A DNA stretch of 64,000 nt from Planctomycetota bacterium (GCA_013911165.1 JACETR010000006.1:4570-68569); one strand, 5' to 3'; counted from the stretch's first letter, positions 8,360-18,737 are shown. Made by a program: numbers and translations. The notes: a model not told the origin generated them from the sequence alone.

Positions 8360-11300
8360 TCAGGGCTGAACTTCCACCCACCATTCCAACTCCTGGGTCA
8401 ACAGCCCTTCATCGTCTCGCAGGACCCAGGGGGTCGGATCCTTGATGGAACAACGCACCCGATGCCAGCCCGGTTCCAGATCCTTGGCCCTGAGCTGTGC
8501 AGCTCTCACGGTTTTTCCGGTCGGGTCCAGTCCGCTCTGGGAGCGACGCCAAACCTCACCCAGTCGCTCATCATTGACCGCGGTCTGGCCAGTGGAACCC
8601 TCACCGCCGGCAGCGGCAGGTTTCTGCAACCCATAAGAGAGAACCCTCCAAACCACTTCCAGATCATGAGTCCGTGGTTGGAGTGTCCAGACCTTGAGGA
8701 TGATCTCCTCCTCGTCCTCTTTTTTGAGGACCAGCTCACCCGGCTCGGGCTCAACACGGTCGACAGGTCTCACGTTGCGATAGATCTGCTTCACCATGTG
8801 CTCCATACAAACGACACAGAAACCACTGAGATCGCGCATCATGCACGACAACTGTGGACGCCAGACATGGTAGGGCTTGCGATCTCCCCCCTCAAAAAGA
8901 CCGACAGTGCTGTTGTTCCACCAGCGGTCCTCTGCATCGATCCATTCCTGCCAGATCACCTTCGAAGCCACATCGTCTTTGTCGCTGCCGTGCATCAGAT
9001 TGGGAGGAGCGGGGCGAGTGGCCACCACGGCATCCCTGGGCGGCGGAGGCTGTTTGTCCGGGTCCTGCCCGGGTTCATTGTCGTATTCATCATTGAGGCC
9101 CCCAAAGGAATGCCCCACCTCGTGGTGGACGAGACCGAGAGCACCCTTGGGCAAACTGGTGACCCCCCCGCCACCGGTTGCGACCCCCGCCACATCATTG
9201 GCAATGACCACCGTTTGTCGATCCTTGCCTGCCTCCCCCAGACGATCAGTGATCGAAAACACTTTTCCGGCATTGGAGGTCAACACGTCGTAGCGAACCA
9301 TACAGCCAAGGGGAGTGTCCTTGCTAATCTCACCGGGTTCTCTGGAGACACCATTGTCGACGGACTGCAAGTGCACTGCGGAGCAGTTGAAGTATTGTTC
9401 GTATTCCCGGTAAGGATCGACGGAGAAAAGCAGGCGCTCACAGGTTTTGGCGTGGTTGAGAAACTGGGACTGCTGCTCGTCTGCCACCTGATACCCATCA
9501 CCAAGGATAAACAGATCGATCCGATTTTTCGGATCTCCACTCTCTCTGAGGGGAACGACTGCCAAATAGGGGTCTAAGAGAAGCCTTCGGGCCTCTGCGG
9601 ATTGTTCGGCATCGTCAGATTTGGCGATGACTTCGCGCAACATCTGATCCGCCAAACTGAAGCTGCCCTGCTCTCTGAGCAGTTGTGCATAGTCGACGAT
9701 CACGTCGATCTTCTTGGATTTCCTCAGACGTTCTGCCTGGGCAATGGCCTCACGTTCTCGCTCTTTCTTGAGTCGCTTCTCCTCCAGAAGATTCTCTTTA
9801 TCGAGAATCGTTACCAATCGGCCATCGTACTCGACAAACTCTGATCCGGTCGGAATCCCCGGGCGAGCCTTCATGAGAATCGCTTCTGCAAGGCTCTCCC
9901 CACTCTTGCGCCGGTGCAAGTTGACCAGTGCACGGTGGAATCCCTCATCATCTCCGGCGATCTCAGCAAGAAACACCAGGCCCATCACTCCCTCTACTGA
10001 GTGGGGAACTGACCTGAAAAGGGCAGACTTGTCGGTCGAGGTGACTTCAAGCCAAGACTTTTCCAGATTTTGTTTTCCACCGGCGATCGTGCGTTGCAAC
10101 TCCACACTTTCCCGAGTCGCACGCAGTACTCTCATCGGAACCCCTGCAACACGGACTTCCAATTCACCACCGGCTGCACCTTCGATGAACTCTTCAAACA
10201 TGGCCGTCAATGATCCCGCCTTGACGAGCAGATCCAGAGCCTGAATGTGGTCATTGGGCGGCAGGTCGAGGGAAAGCGCGCGATAGAGAACAGGAGAGAG
10301 ATCAGAGTAGCGACACTCCTCCAGATATCTTCTGGATCGGGCCAGCAGCTCGCTCCATTCACGAGGGGCCTTCACCCGCCGGGGAGGTTCTTTCAATTTG
10401 AGGTCTGCCATACCCTCGACCAGATCGGTCAGCATTCCCTCAAACTCATTGAAGCCCGCCAAACGCTGACGGGAAGCGGCGACCAATCGGAGCGCTTCGC
10501 CCGGTTTTCGCAGATTGAGCAGGCTTGTGACTTGTTCATCCAAAGTTCGAATTTCAGCTCTGGCCATCCGCCCGATCTGATCTGCCCTGCCTGTCCAATA
10601 CTTCCTGCTGGCGTCACCGGAATCGACTCTCGCGAGAAAACGGGCCACGACTGAGGCATTGCCAAACTCCTGAGCCAAAACCATCGGAGTGAGCAACTCT
10701 TCGAGGGCTTCCCGTCGTGTTAACTGCGTAGCACTTTTGACACCCTCAAGGGCTTCTGCGAGATCAAGACACGTCTTTGCAGCACGGCTGGAAGGTTGCC
10801 GCCTGGCGATGGACCGAAGTCCATCGATGGCATCCCAGCCCATTTCTCCATCCGCCATTTCCTGCTCGAGAAGTTTCAGTGAAACTTCTCCATCGTCCAT
10901 GGGTCCGGCAATCTGTGTCACGTCAGTGTTTGCCGAATCGGTTTCCTGTTGCAGCTGAACTTCCCGGACGATCTTCTTGGGGCCTGTGGCATATTCTTTG
11001 GCAACAAGTCCCACGAGAACCAGAAGAAGAATCATCAGCGTGATATCTGCAACCCTGTTGAGGGCAGAAGGGCCTGACCTTCTCGGGACGTAAGCGTTCT
11101 CCTCATCCGGATTCGCAGCCACCGCAGATTTCTTCCCAGAGGAAGCAGTTGCCCCACGACTTCCTGTCGTGGCGGGTCGCTTTTTCGCAGGGTTCTTGCG
11201 AACTGCCTTCGCCTGTGGAGAGCGGACTTCGATGATGGCTTCACCGATTTCAATCCGGTCCCCCGCACGAAGTCGGGCGGATTCGATGCGTTCTCCATTG

Positions 11301-11521
11301 AGATAGGTTCCATTCGAGGAACGCTTGTCGATCAGGCGAAAATCCTGACCGTCAATTCTGATCTCCGCATGGACTCTACTGATTTTGGCAATATCAAGGG
11401 TGACAGTGCACTCATCGGATCTGCCGATGGTGATGGAACTGATGCCGGTAGTGGGAATCTGACGGGATCCACTACCGTGAACCAGAAACAGGTTCATGGA
11501 ATCATCGGATTGCTGGGGCAT
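8360..11521 (-). CDS. FHA domain - TM - helical region - M64 (IgA peptidase-like) metallopeptidase
   Basis: N-terminal FHA (IGRS..ISRVHA..SSNGTYLNG); hydrophobic segment ITLMILLLVLVGLV; C-terminal RIDLFILGDGY, HHEVGHSFGGLNDEY, WRPQLSCMMR..FCVVC. Confidence 0.85.
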   Translation of the reverse strand: MPQQSDDSMNLFLVHGSGSRQIPTTGISSITIGRSDECTVTLDIAKISRVHAEIRIDGQDFRLIDKRSSNGTYLNGERIESARLRAGDRIEIGEAIIEVRSPQAKAVRKNPAKKRPATTGSRGATASSGKKSAVAANPDEENAYVPRRSGPSALNRVADITLMILLLVLVGLVAKEYATGPKKIVREVQLQQETDSANTDVTQIAGPMDDGEVSLKLLEQEMADGEMGWDAIDGLRSIARRQPSSRAAKTCLDLAEALEGVKSATQLTRREALEELLTPMVLAQEFGNASVVARFLARVDSGDASRKYWTGRADQIGRMARAEIRTLDEQVTSLLNLRKPGEALRLVAASRQRLAGFNEFEGMLTDLVEGMADLKLKEPPRRVKAPREWSELLARSRRYLEECRYSDLSPVLYRALSLDLPPNDHIQALDLLVKAGSLTAMFEEFIEGAAGGELEVRVAGVPMRVLRATRESVELQRTIAGGKQNLEKSWLEVTSTDKSALFRSVPHSVEGVMGLVFLAEIAGDDEGFHRALVNLHRRKSGESLAEAILMKARPGIPTGSEFVEYDGRLVTILDKENLLEEKRLKKEREREAIAQAERLRKSKKIDVIVDYAQLLREQGSFSLADQMLREVIAKSDDAEQSAEARRLLLDPYLAVVPLRESGDPKNRIDLFILGDGYQVADEQQSQFLNHAKTCERLLFSVDPYREYEQYFNCSAVHLQSVDNGVSREPGEISKDTPLGCMVRYDVLTSNAGKVFSITDRLGEAGKDRQTVVIANDVAGVATGGGGVTSLPKGALGLVHHEVGHSFGGLNDEYDNEPGQDPDKQPPPPRDAVVATRPAPPNLMHGSDKDDVASKVIWQEWIDAEDRWWNNSTVGLFEGGDRKPYHVWRPQLSCMMRDLSGFCVVCMEHMVKQIYRNVRPVDRVEPEPGELVLKKEDEEEIILKVWTLQPRTHDLEVVWRVLSYGLQKPAAAGGEGSTGQTAVNDERLGEVWRRSQSGLDPTGKTVRAAQLRAKDLEPGWHRVRCSIKDPTPWVLRDDEGLLTQELEWWVEVQP

Positions 11522-11586
11522 TGGGGCTCATTTCATTCCCGATCAGTTTCCATGAGTGAGCCCCCCATTTCCAGACTCAAACCGGT

Positions 11587-12516
11587 CTAAATGAGCCCCA
11601 GATCCCGTCGCAGTTCGGTGACGAGGGCCTCATTCTCCAGGTCGATGACCGGATCTGAATCGTATTGCTCAAAGAAGAATGAGCCGGGCAACTCATCGGG
11701 AATCTCCAGCTTCTTGCGGATCTTCTTCTCTGCCGGTACGAATCCGCGCTTGGCGAGACGAACGAGGGATTCACCTATGGTTCCCTGAAGGCCGCAGACG
11801 AGGACCACCGCTTGATCCGGCCCCAGGGATCCAGAGGGGATCCCCATTCTCTCCTCGAGAACTTCGAGGGCATCTGCCTTGAATCGATCCTCCGCCCTGC
11901 CGTGAAGACCATCCCATTCCGGATATTCGGCAGGTCGGCTGACTGTCGGCAAATAGAGGAGCCCATGCTCACTGGAGAGATCTTCCAGTTCGCGTCGATA
12001 GCCCAAATCTCCAGGCCGGGAAGCACCATGAATGATGCAGGTCCGGTCCATCGCGCTCCCTCCATTCCTTGTCCAGTCATCGCGAACGATGGAGACGAAA
12101 GGAGCCAAACCGGTTCCGGCACTGACCAGAATGCGCCAGCGCTTGTCGTCCTCACCCACTGTTCCGGGAATCGTGAAGTGCCCTTTCGGCTTGGGACGCA
12201 AAAAGACCCGGTCTCCCTGCTGAAGTTTGAAAAGGCTGTGGGTCAGGGGATTTTTGGATTCAGGACTTCCGACTCGACGAATATAGAACTCGACATGACC
12301 ACGCTCTGCAGGTTCGGAAGCGATGGACATCGGTCTTTGAACGCCTCCCAACTCAGGTTCATCGACATTATTGACGCCGATGACCATGTATTGGCCGGGG
12401 ACAAACCAGTCTCCTTCGGGAAGGGGATCATCGGGACGAACCCTGAAAATCGCCAATTCTTCAGAAAAATCTTCCCGCTTTTCGATGGTGGCATTCAGAT
12501 CCAGAACCTTGGCCAT
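11587..12516 (-). CDS. fpr: Ferredoxin/flavodoxin-NADP+ reductase
   Basis: FVPGQY, RPMSIAS, SAGTGLAPFVS, HGAS, VCG, FFEQY. Confidence 0.85.
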   Translation of the reverse strand: MAKVLDLNATIEKREDFSEELAIFRVRPDDPLPEGDWFVPGQYMVIGVNNVDEPELGGVQRPMSIASEPAERGHVEFYIRRVGSPESKNPLTHSLFKLQQGDRVFLRPKPKGHFTIPGTVGEDDKRWRILVSAGTGLAPFVSIVRDDWTRNGGSAMDRTCIIHGASRPGDLGYRRELEDLSSEHGLLYLPTVSRPAEYPEWDGLHGRAEDRFKADALEVLEERMGIPSGSLGPDQAVVLVCGLQGTIGESLVRLAKRGFVPAEKKIRKKLEIPDELPGSFFFEQYDSDPVIDLENEALVTELRRDLGLI

Positions 12517-12618
12517 GACCCCGCCCTCCAGAATTTGGATTCCCGCTTCAACCTGCCAGCAGCAACAGGATCGAGTGTCGATCGGGAAACCTGCCGGGTC
12601 AAGAGCCGGAGAATCGGA

Positions 12619-14268
12619 CTAGAGGCAGTCTGCTTCACAAGTCAGGGGGTCGTCCGTCGCATCGCTCCCACAAGAACCGTAAGGCTCAGGCAGTGGATCA
12701 CCGGACACAAATAATGCGTCCAGCAGTGTAATTGCGTCTGAGACGTTGAGGGCTCCATCGTCATTGGTGTCAGAAGAATCTTCGCAAGACGGTGCGTCAG
12801 TCCCGGGAATGAATAACCAGGCAAGAATCTGAATGGCATCTGCAATGTTGGCTGATCCAGACCCATCCACGTCGCCTCTTCTAAATTCGGAACTGGGCAA
12901 TGGTGCTGCTCCGAGGGCTCCCATATCTGTCAATGTTCCATCCGCATCGAGGGGCAAGAGTGGATTGCCATTGTTCAAACAGGGTGACCCAGACTCGAGA
13001 GTGTAAATCCCATTTCCGGCATCTGTGAAAAGGGGATCCGCATCGATGCTGTCAACGGGAGTCACCGCCGTCGCTGACAGATTTTCTACACAGGAATAGG
13101 TCACCGAGGTTGATCCGGGAATTGCGACGATACTTCCACCCGCTCCCGCCATGACGATGCTCGAGTCGATGCGCACCGCTTCAATCCCTGAATTGTTGAT
13201 ACTGATGGCCTCGGCACTGCCAATATCGGTCAGGCCAAAAGTGCACTTTTCAATCAACAAATCGAGCGGGTTGAAGCTGATTGCCAGATGACTCCCGGCA
13301 TTGGTTGCAAAATTATTGTGAAACACGCAACCCCTGATGACCTGAGTTTCCTGATTGGACCCTGAATCGAGAAGAATCGCTCCGCCTGAACTCCCGCCCA
13401 GATTGTCCCTGAATACGGAGCTTTCTATCGTTGCTCGGGCTTGGTCAGAGATCACCACGGCTCCCCCAGAGATGGGTGAGCTGTTGTTCTCAAAGAGACA
13501 GTTCTGGATTTGGGCTTCCGAATCGAAATAAATCCAAATCCCCCCCACAGCCAGATTTGAGGCGTTTCCAATCATTGTTGTTTCGCTGATAGTGATAGAA
13601 CTCTCTTCACAGAGAATTCCACCAGCAACGACTTCAGCAACATTGTTTTCAAAGTGACAGTTGAGTAGCGTCGCTTCCGCTGAATTGTTCAAACACATTC
13701 CGCCACCGGAATCTGCGGTGGAGTTGTTGCGAATTACCACGGAGTCCACCGTGACATTACCGAATGTGGGTCCTTCAATATGAATCCCTGCCCCAGAAGC
13801 AGCAGTGTTGTTTTCGATAATGCAATTTCGGATTGTCGGATAGGAATTCATGATCAGGATTCCACCGCCGAGTAAACCGTTGGCAGTCTGGGTTCCCCCT
13901 CCTGATTGAATGGTGAAACCTTCGAGGGTTGCTCCTGAAATTTCTCCGGAAATGAAACTGACCACTGATCCATTTCCGCTTCCAACAAGGCGGGTCACTT
14001 CGGGGCCTTCACTGGAGCGAACGATGATGTTTTTTCCGTTGAAGTTGATCGGAGCCGGCCAATCCCCTGGAGAGACGATAATTTCATCTCCCTCAAGAGC
14101 CAGATCGATGGCGGTATTGATTTGGGGGACGTCTTGAGGGACCAGAATCTCCGCCGCATTGGCCATCCCCTGCCAGCACAGGGAAGCCCACACCACTGCC
14201 AACCGGGCGTATCCTGAAACGGATCTGGCCCAGTGATTCATGCATTGCCAATGGGTCTTTCCCGACAT
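12619..14268 (-). CDS. Secreted right-handed parallel beta-helix repeat protein with C-terminal dockerin-like domain
   Basis: Repeated FxNN-x-GG motifs; DADPLF..SPC..D.DG..DMGA; C-terminal FRRGDVDGSGSANIADA...CEDSSDTNDDGALNVSD. GGAGG before ATG 14268. Confidence 0.85.
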   Translation of the reverse strand: MSGKTHWQCMNHWARSVSGYARLAVVWASLCWQGMANAAEILVPQDVPQINTAIDLALEGDEIIVSPGDWPAPINFNGKNIIVRSSEGPEVTRLVGSGNGSVVSFISGEISGATLEGFTIQSGGGTQTANGLLGGGILIMNSYPTIRNCIIENNTAASGAGIHIEGPTFGNVTVDSVVIRNNSTADSGGGMCLNNSAEATLLNCHFENNVAEVVAGGILCEESSITISETTMIGNASNLAVGGIWIYFDSEAQIQNCLFENNSSPISGGAVVISDQARATIESSVFRDNLGGSSGGAILLDSGSNQETQVIRGCVFHNNFATNAGSHLAISFNPLDLLIEKCTFGLTDIGSAEAISINNSGIEAVRIDSSIVMAGAGGSIVAIPGSTSVTYSCVENLSATAVTPVDSIDADPLFTDAGNGIYTLESGSPCLNNGNPLLPLDADGTLTDMGALGAAPLPSSEFRRGDVDGSGSANIADAIQILAWLFIPGTDAPSCEDSSDTNDDGALNVSDAITLLDALFVSGDPLPEPYGSCGSDATDDPLTCEADCL

Positions 14269-14425
14269 CCTATTTCCTCCCAATAAAGTCACAGCAGGGC
14301 TCACCGGAGCTATAGAGGGAGCGAATAATTACTCCCGAATGCCAGTCAGTCCATAAAATCCTGAATATCCGATAATGTTACAATTGGCACGATTGGGACT
14401 CCACCGCATTCCGGCCCAAACCCCA

Positions 14426-14466
14426 TTTTTTAGGCATGGCTAAAAAAAGATTTCGCCAAGGTTAAA
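14426..14466. promoter_or_regulatory. Candidate DtxR/MntR-family operator (two tandem boxes)
   Basis: TTTTTTAGGCATGGCTAAAAAA (14426-14447) is a 22-bp palindrome with one mismatched pair. TTTCGCCAAGGTTAAA (14451-14466) matches its 16-bp core at 12/16. Both lie upstream of the metal ABC operon. Confidence 0.7.
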
Positions 14467-14504
14467 ACTTGATTCTGAAGGGCTTTGATTTGAAGATCGG
14501 GCCC

Positions 14505-15500
14505 ATGCGTAATTATCCGATTATTCGACAAGTTTCGGGCTCCCTGAGGCCACTGTGGCAGAAGGCCATTTTTTCATGCCTGCTTTTCGTGGTTCCTCTG
14601 GGGCTCCTCGCGCTGCCTGGTCTGGCTGGTTGCAAGGGCCCTGAACCGGAATCTTCCACCGACGTCCTGAAAATTTTGTGTACGACCGAGATGCTCGCTG
14701 AACCGGTACGCAGAATGGTGCCTCCGGAAATCCAGGTTGAGCACCTCATGGGTAGTGGAGTCGATCCCCACCTTTACAAACCGACCCCCAAAGACCTGCG
14801 TAAAATCCTTCGTGCAGATCTGGTTTTCTACCATGGACATCACCTCGAAGGTCGCATGTCAGAGATGCTGTCCCAGCTCGAAGAAAACTCACCCACCGTC
14901 AAGGCGATTGCCATCTGTGAGAAGGTTCCGGCAGGGGATCTGATTCTAGACGAATCCGGTACCGTCGATCCGCACTTTTGGCTCGATGTTCCCCTGTGGC
15001 TGAAAGTGTGTGCAAACCTCAAGTCGGCTTTGCTGGAGTCTGGACAACTGCCCGTTGAAGACTTGAACCGCAGGCACTCCGAATTGGTCTCGGACCTTGA
15101 GGCGTTGCATCAAAGCGTCCTTTCCACTCTTGCATCTATCCCACCGGCGAAAAGGGTTCTCGTCACAGCCCACGACGCTTTTGCCTATTTCGGAAACAGG
15201 TATGAGTTCGAAGTTCACGGGATTCAGGGCATCAGTACTGAGTCGGAACCCTCACTGAAAAGAGTCAACCAACTGGTCGAATTGCTCAGTGAAAGAAAGA
15301 TTCCTTCCATCTTTGTCGAATCAACTGTTCCGGAGCGAAATGTGCTCGCCCTGATCGAGGGCTGCCAAAAACTGGGGCACCAGCTGACCGTAGGTGGAAA
15401 ACTTTACAGCGATGCTCCTGGTCCTCCTGAGAGTGGCGCAGACAGCTGGTCAAAAATGGTGAGACACAATGCCCAGACGATTGCTGAGGGTCTGAGATGA
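14505..15500 (+). CDS. troA: Mn/Zn/Fe ABC transporter substrate-binding lipoprotein (TroA/MntA family)
   Basis: LAGC lipobox; GVDPHLY, DPHFWLD, TAHDAFAYF, LYSDA. Confidence 0.92.
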   Translation: MRNYPIIRQVSGSLRPLWQKAIFSCLLFVVPLGLLALPGLAGCKGPEPESSTDVLKILCTTEMLAEPVRRMVPPEIQVEHLMGSGVDPHLYKPTPKDLRKILRADLVFYHGHHLEGRMSEMLSQLEENSPTVKAIAICEKVPAGDLILDESGTVDPHFWLDVPLWLKVCANLKSALLESGQLPVEDLNRRHSELVSDLEALHQSVLSTLASIPPAKRVLVTAHDAFAYFGNRYEFEVHGIQGISTESEPSLKRVNQLVELLSERKIPSIFVESTVPERNVLALIEGCQKLGHQLTVGGKLYSDAPGPPESGADSWSKMVRHNAQTIAEGLR

Positions 15501-16288
15501 GCGAAACTGCCATTGAAATCCATGATCTGACCATGGCTTACCGGGAGAAGCCGGTTTTGTGGGATATCGACGTAGAGATTCCCAAGGGCTCTCTCTGTGC
15601 TGTCGTCGGCCCCAATGGTGCTGGAAAAAGCACGCTTCTGGGATGCGTTCTGGGAACCCACCAACCTGCCAATGGCTGGATCAAAATTTTTGACGTACCC
15701 AGTGACCGATCCGACGAACTGATCGGATTTGTTCCCCAACGTGAAAGTGTCGATTGGGATTTCCCGGTGCAGGTTCTCGACGTGGTCATGATGGGAACCT
15801 ACCGCAGATTGGGTTGGTTTCGCTGGCCCGGGAAAGCGCAGAAAGACTGGGCAATGGAATGCCTTTCCGCTGTCGGAATGGCTGACCTTCACTCACGCCA
15901 AATCGGAGAACTTTCAGGTGGGCAACAACAACGAGTCTTCATAGCAAGAGCACTCGCCCAAGACGCTAAAATCATCCTCATGGACGAGCCGTTCGCAGGT
16001 GTCGATGCCGCAACGGAAGAGACGATTCGAACTGTTCTCGCAGATTTGAAAAAAGATGACCGAACTGTCGTCATCGTTCATCACGATCTGCAAACCATCG
16101 AAGATTACTTTGACCATGTCTTGCTGTTGAACCTCAGGCTTGTTGCCGCTGGCCCCACAAAAACAACCTTTACCCGCGAAAACCTCCTTCGTACCTACGG
16201 TGGTCAATTGACCCTTCTGGATGAGGCAGCAGAAGCGGTCAGGAGAATCCGCTCAGGCCGGTCTGTCCGGAAATCGGGAGACCGCTAA
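15497..16288 (+). CDS. troB: Metal ABC transporter ATP-binding protein
   Basis: GPNGAGKS, LSGGQQQRVF, MDEPFAGVD, VHHDL. Confidence 0.93.
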   Translation: MSETAIEIHDLTMAYREKPVLWDIDVEIPKGSLCAVVGPNGAGKSTLLGCVLGTHQPANGWIKIFDVPSDRSDELIGFVPQRESVDWDFPVQVLDVVMMGTYRRLGWFRWPGKAQKDWAMECLSAVGMADLHSRQIGELSGGQQQRVFIARALAQDAKIILMDEPFAGVDAATEETIRTVLADLKKDDRTVVIVHHDLQTIEDYFDHVLLLNLRLVAAGPTKTTFTRENLLRTYGGQLTLLDEAAEAVRRIRSGRSVRKSGDR

Positions 16289-17499
16289 TGCAGCCTAATA
16301 CTCTGGTCGTCCTTCTGGGGACCACCACTCTTGGATTGTGTTGCGGATTGGTTGGAAGCCTGTTGCTCCTGCGAAAAAGAGCCCTCCTCGCCGATGCCCT
16401 GGCCCACTCCACTCTTCCTGGCATCGTTCTCGGGTTTTTGATCGCTGGCAGCCAATCCTATTGGGCCCTTGGCCTCGGAGCCTTGCTCACCACCCTGGTG
16501 GCGGCAGTTCTCGTTTCAAGGTTGCCGATCCTGACCCGCATTCGGCAGGACTCTGCCACGGCATCGATTCTGGGAATCTTTTTCGGCGCAGGGATTGCCT
16601 TGTTGAGCATTGCCCAACGATCAGGCCCCGGCGCATTTTCTGCAGGCCTGGATCACTTCCTCCTCGGACAGGCTGCCGGAATGCTTCAATCAGAAGCCAT
16701 CACCCTGACTCTGTCAGCCGCTGTCGTGAGTTTCATCATGATCCTTCTCCACAAGGAGTTACTCGTCAGTTGTTTTGACAGTTCCTTTGGAAAAGGCATC
16801 GGAATGTCGATGGGGCGCGTCGACCTGCTGGTCATGTTGATTCTGGCAGTGACGATCGTCATCTCTCTGCCCGCAGTGGGTGTGGTTTTGACTGCCGCAT
16901 TAATCGTCATCCCTCCGGCCACCGCAAGATTCTGGACCGACCGATTCAATCGTCTGCTCACTATCAGTGGAATGCTCGGTGCAATAGCTGGCGCTGCAGG
17001 AACACTCTTGAGCTCATTCAAAGTCGACCTTCCTACAGGCCCGGTCATCGTCATCTGTTCATCGACCCTGTTTTCCATTTCTCTGGTGGTGGCACCGCAC
17101 AAGGGTCTATTGGGAAAACGCCTTCGCTGGATTCAAAGAAAACAGCGCAGAGAAATGCAACGCATCCTGATTTTCCTCCATGAGAATTTGCACTCGGGAA
17201 ACGACTTTGTCGCGAGAGAACGAATCCTGGCAGGATCACTGAATGCCAGTTCTTCGGCACTGAGACTGTGTATTCTCTCAGGGTATACAGAGATGGCAGG
17301 AACCCACGTACGATTGACCGCAGAAGGGATTCGCCGTGCAGAAAGATCCATCTCTGCAAGGGATCGCTGGATTCAATGGCTCGACAGTGAAGCAGAAATC
17401 GACAGAAATCTGATCGACCTTGATGAAGAAGATATCGAAAAATTGCTCGATCGAAAATCAATGGAGATTCCACCTGTCGATAGAGGGGCAACCCTTTGA
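16288..17499 (+). CDS. troC: Metal ABC transporter permease with C-terminal DtxR-like tail
   Basis: ALLADALAHSTLPG; multiple TM helices; soluble tail LTAEGIRRAER. Confidence 0.9.
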   Translation: MQPNTLVVLLGTTTLGLCCGLVGSLLLLRKRALLADALAHSTLPGIVLGFLIAGSQSYWALGLGALLTTLVAAVLVSRLPILTRIRQDSATASILGIFFGAGIALLSIAQRSGPGAFSAGLDHFLLGQAAGMLQSEAITLTLSAAVVSFIMILLHKELLVSCFDSSFGKGIGMSMGRVDLLVMLILAVTIVISLPAVGVVLTAALIVIPPATARFWTDRFNRLLTISGMLGAIAGAAGTLLSSFKVDLPTGPVIVICSSTLFSISLVVAPHKGLLGKRLRWIQRKQRREMQRILIFLHENLHSGNDFVARERILAGSLNASSSALRLCILSGYTEMAGTHVRLTAEGIRRAERSISARDRWIQWLDSEAEIDRNLIDLDEEDIEKLLDRKSMEIPPVDRGATL

Positions 17500-18737
17500 T
17501 CGATATCTTCATGAACCCGGCTATGCTCGACATTCTTCTCGTTGCCATTCTGGCTGCGGTAACCTGTTCCATCGTCGGCGTACATTTGACCCTTCGAAAC
17601 CGGGCCATGCTCGGCGATGCCATCGCCCATGGCGTTGTTCCTGGCTTGATCCTTGGTTTTATTTTTACGGGGAGTCGTGAAGTTGCGCCGATGTTTATCG
17701 GGGCCGTCATCGCTGCTCTGATCCTTTCCCTGATCGCTGACTGGCTAAAAGAACGTGCAGAGATGGATGGTGGAGCAGCGTTGGGAGTGGTCTTCACCAC
17801 TCTTTTTTCCGGTGGCATCATCTTGATCGAACTCTACACCCGGGAGATCGATCTGGATGCCAGCTGTGTTCTTCATGGCCTCATTGAGTTCACCCATTTC
17901 CAGCGGATGGAACTTTTCGGATGGTCCCTGCCCAGATCGATCGTCACCATTTCCATCGCACTCCTACTGAATCTCGGAGCTCTGCTGCTCTTCTGGAAGG
18001 AATGGAAAGTCTGTGCTTTTGATCCGAGCCTTGCGCGGTCCACCGGGTTACCGGTCCAGCTACTGGAAAGAGGGCTTCTGGTACTCGTGGCGATCACTGC
18101 TGTCTCCTGTTTCGAAGCCGTAGGATCGATCCTGGTAGTAGCGATGATTGCAGTCCCTCCGACGATTGCCGGAATTCTGTGTGACCGTTTTGGTTCGATG
18201 ATCGCGGTCAGCGCTTTGACCGGTTTGATTTCAGCAGTGGCAGGAACACTCTCTGCCGTCTACGTGGTCGACTCGAATGTCCCCGGAATGATCGCACTGA
18301 CCTCAGGCCTCCTGTTGGGAATCGCGGTCCTGCTTGCTCCCCAGAGAGGAATCCTGCCCGTAGCTTTCCGTCTGTATATGTGGCGAGTACGCGTTGCCAG
18401 AGAAGACCTGCTTGCGGACTCACTTCAGCTTTCGGAGAGCGATGAAAGACTGACCACTCCAAATTTGATCAGCACCACCGGATTCGCATGGATTCAACTG
18501 GTCATTGTCGGATTTATTCGTGATGGAAAGCCCAGAGGAAAAGGCAAACGCATAGCCAAAACACTGCTCAGAAAGAGAAGCCTGTGGCAACGATTTGCCT
18601 CTGAGCGATTGGGACTGCCACCCGATCACCTGGAGGGCCCTGCCCACAGGATTGAGCACCATCTGGACGAATCCCTGATGGTCATGCTCGAAGAAGAAGA
18701 GCGAACCGGCAAATCGAATCCGGAAACCGGTTCTTGA
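17496..18737 (+). CDS. troD: Metal ABC transporter permease with C-terminal DtxR-like metal-binding/dimerisation tail
   Basis: AMLGDAIAHGVVPG, FEAVGSILVVA; tail RSLWQRFASERLGLPPDHLEGPAHRIEHHL. Confidence 0.9.
   Translation: MIDIFMNPAMLDILLVAILAAVTCSIVGVHLTLRNRAMLGDAIAHGVVPGLILGFIFTGSREVAPMFIGAVIAALILSLIADWLKERAEMDGGAALGVVFTTLFSGGIILIELYTREIDLDASCVLHGLIEFTHFQRMELFGWSLPRSIVTISIALLLNLGALLLFWKEWKVCAFDPSLARSTGLPVQLLERGLLVLVAITAVSCFEAVGSILVVAMIAVPPTIAGILCDRFGSMIAVSALTGLISAVAGTLSAVYVVDSNVPGMIALTSGLLLGIAVLLAPQRGILPVAFRLYMWRVRVAREDLLADSLQLSESDERLTTPNLISTTGFAWIQLVIVGFIRDGKPRGKGKRIAKTLLRKRSLWQRFASERLGLPPDHLEGPAHRIEHHLDESLMVMLEEEERTGKSNPETGS

Noticed and set aside
8462-9577. Long antisense ORFs (e.g. 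8462-9577, 11812-12714, 36644-37441, 60104-60946)
   Set aside because: Shadows of confident opposite-strand genes, with no recognisable motifs
14385-14400. TGGCACG resembling a sigma54 -24 element
   Set aside because: The -12 position reads GGAC rather than TTGC
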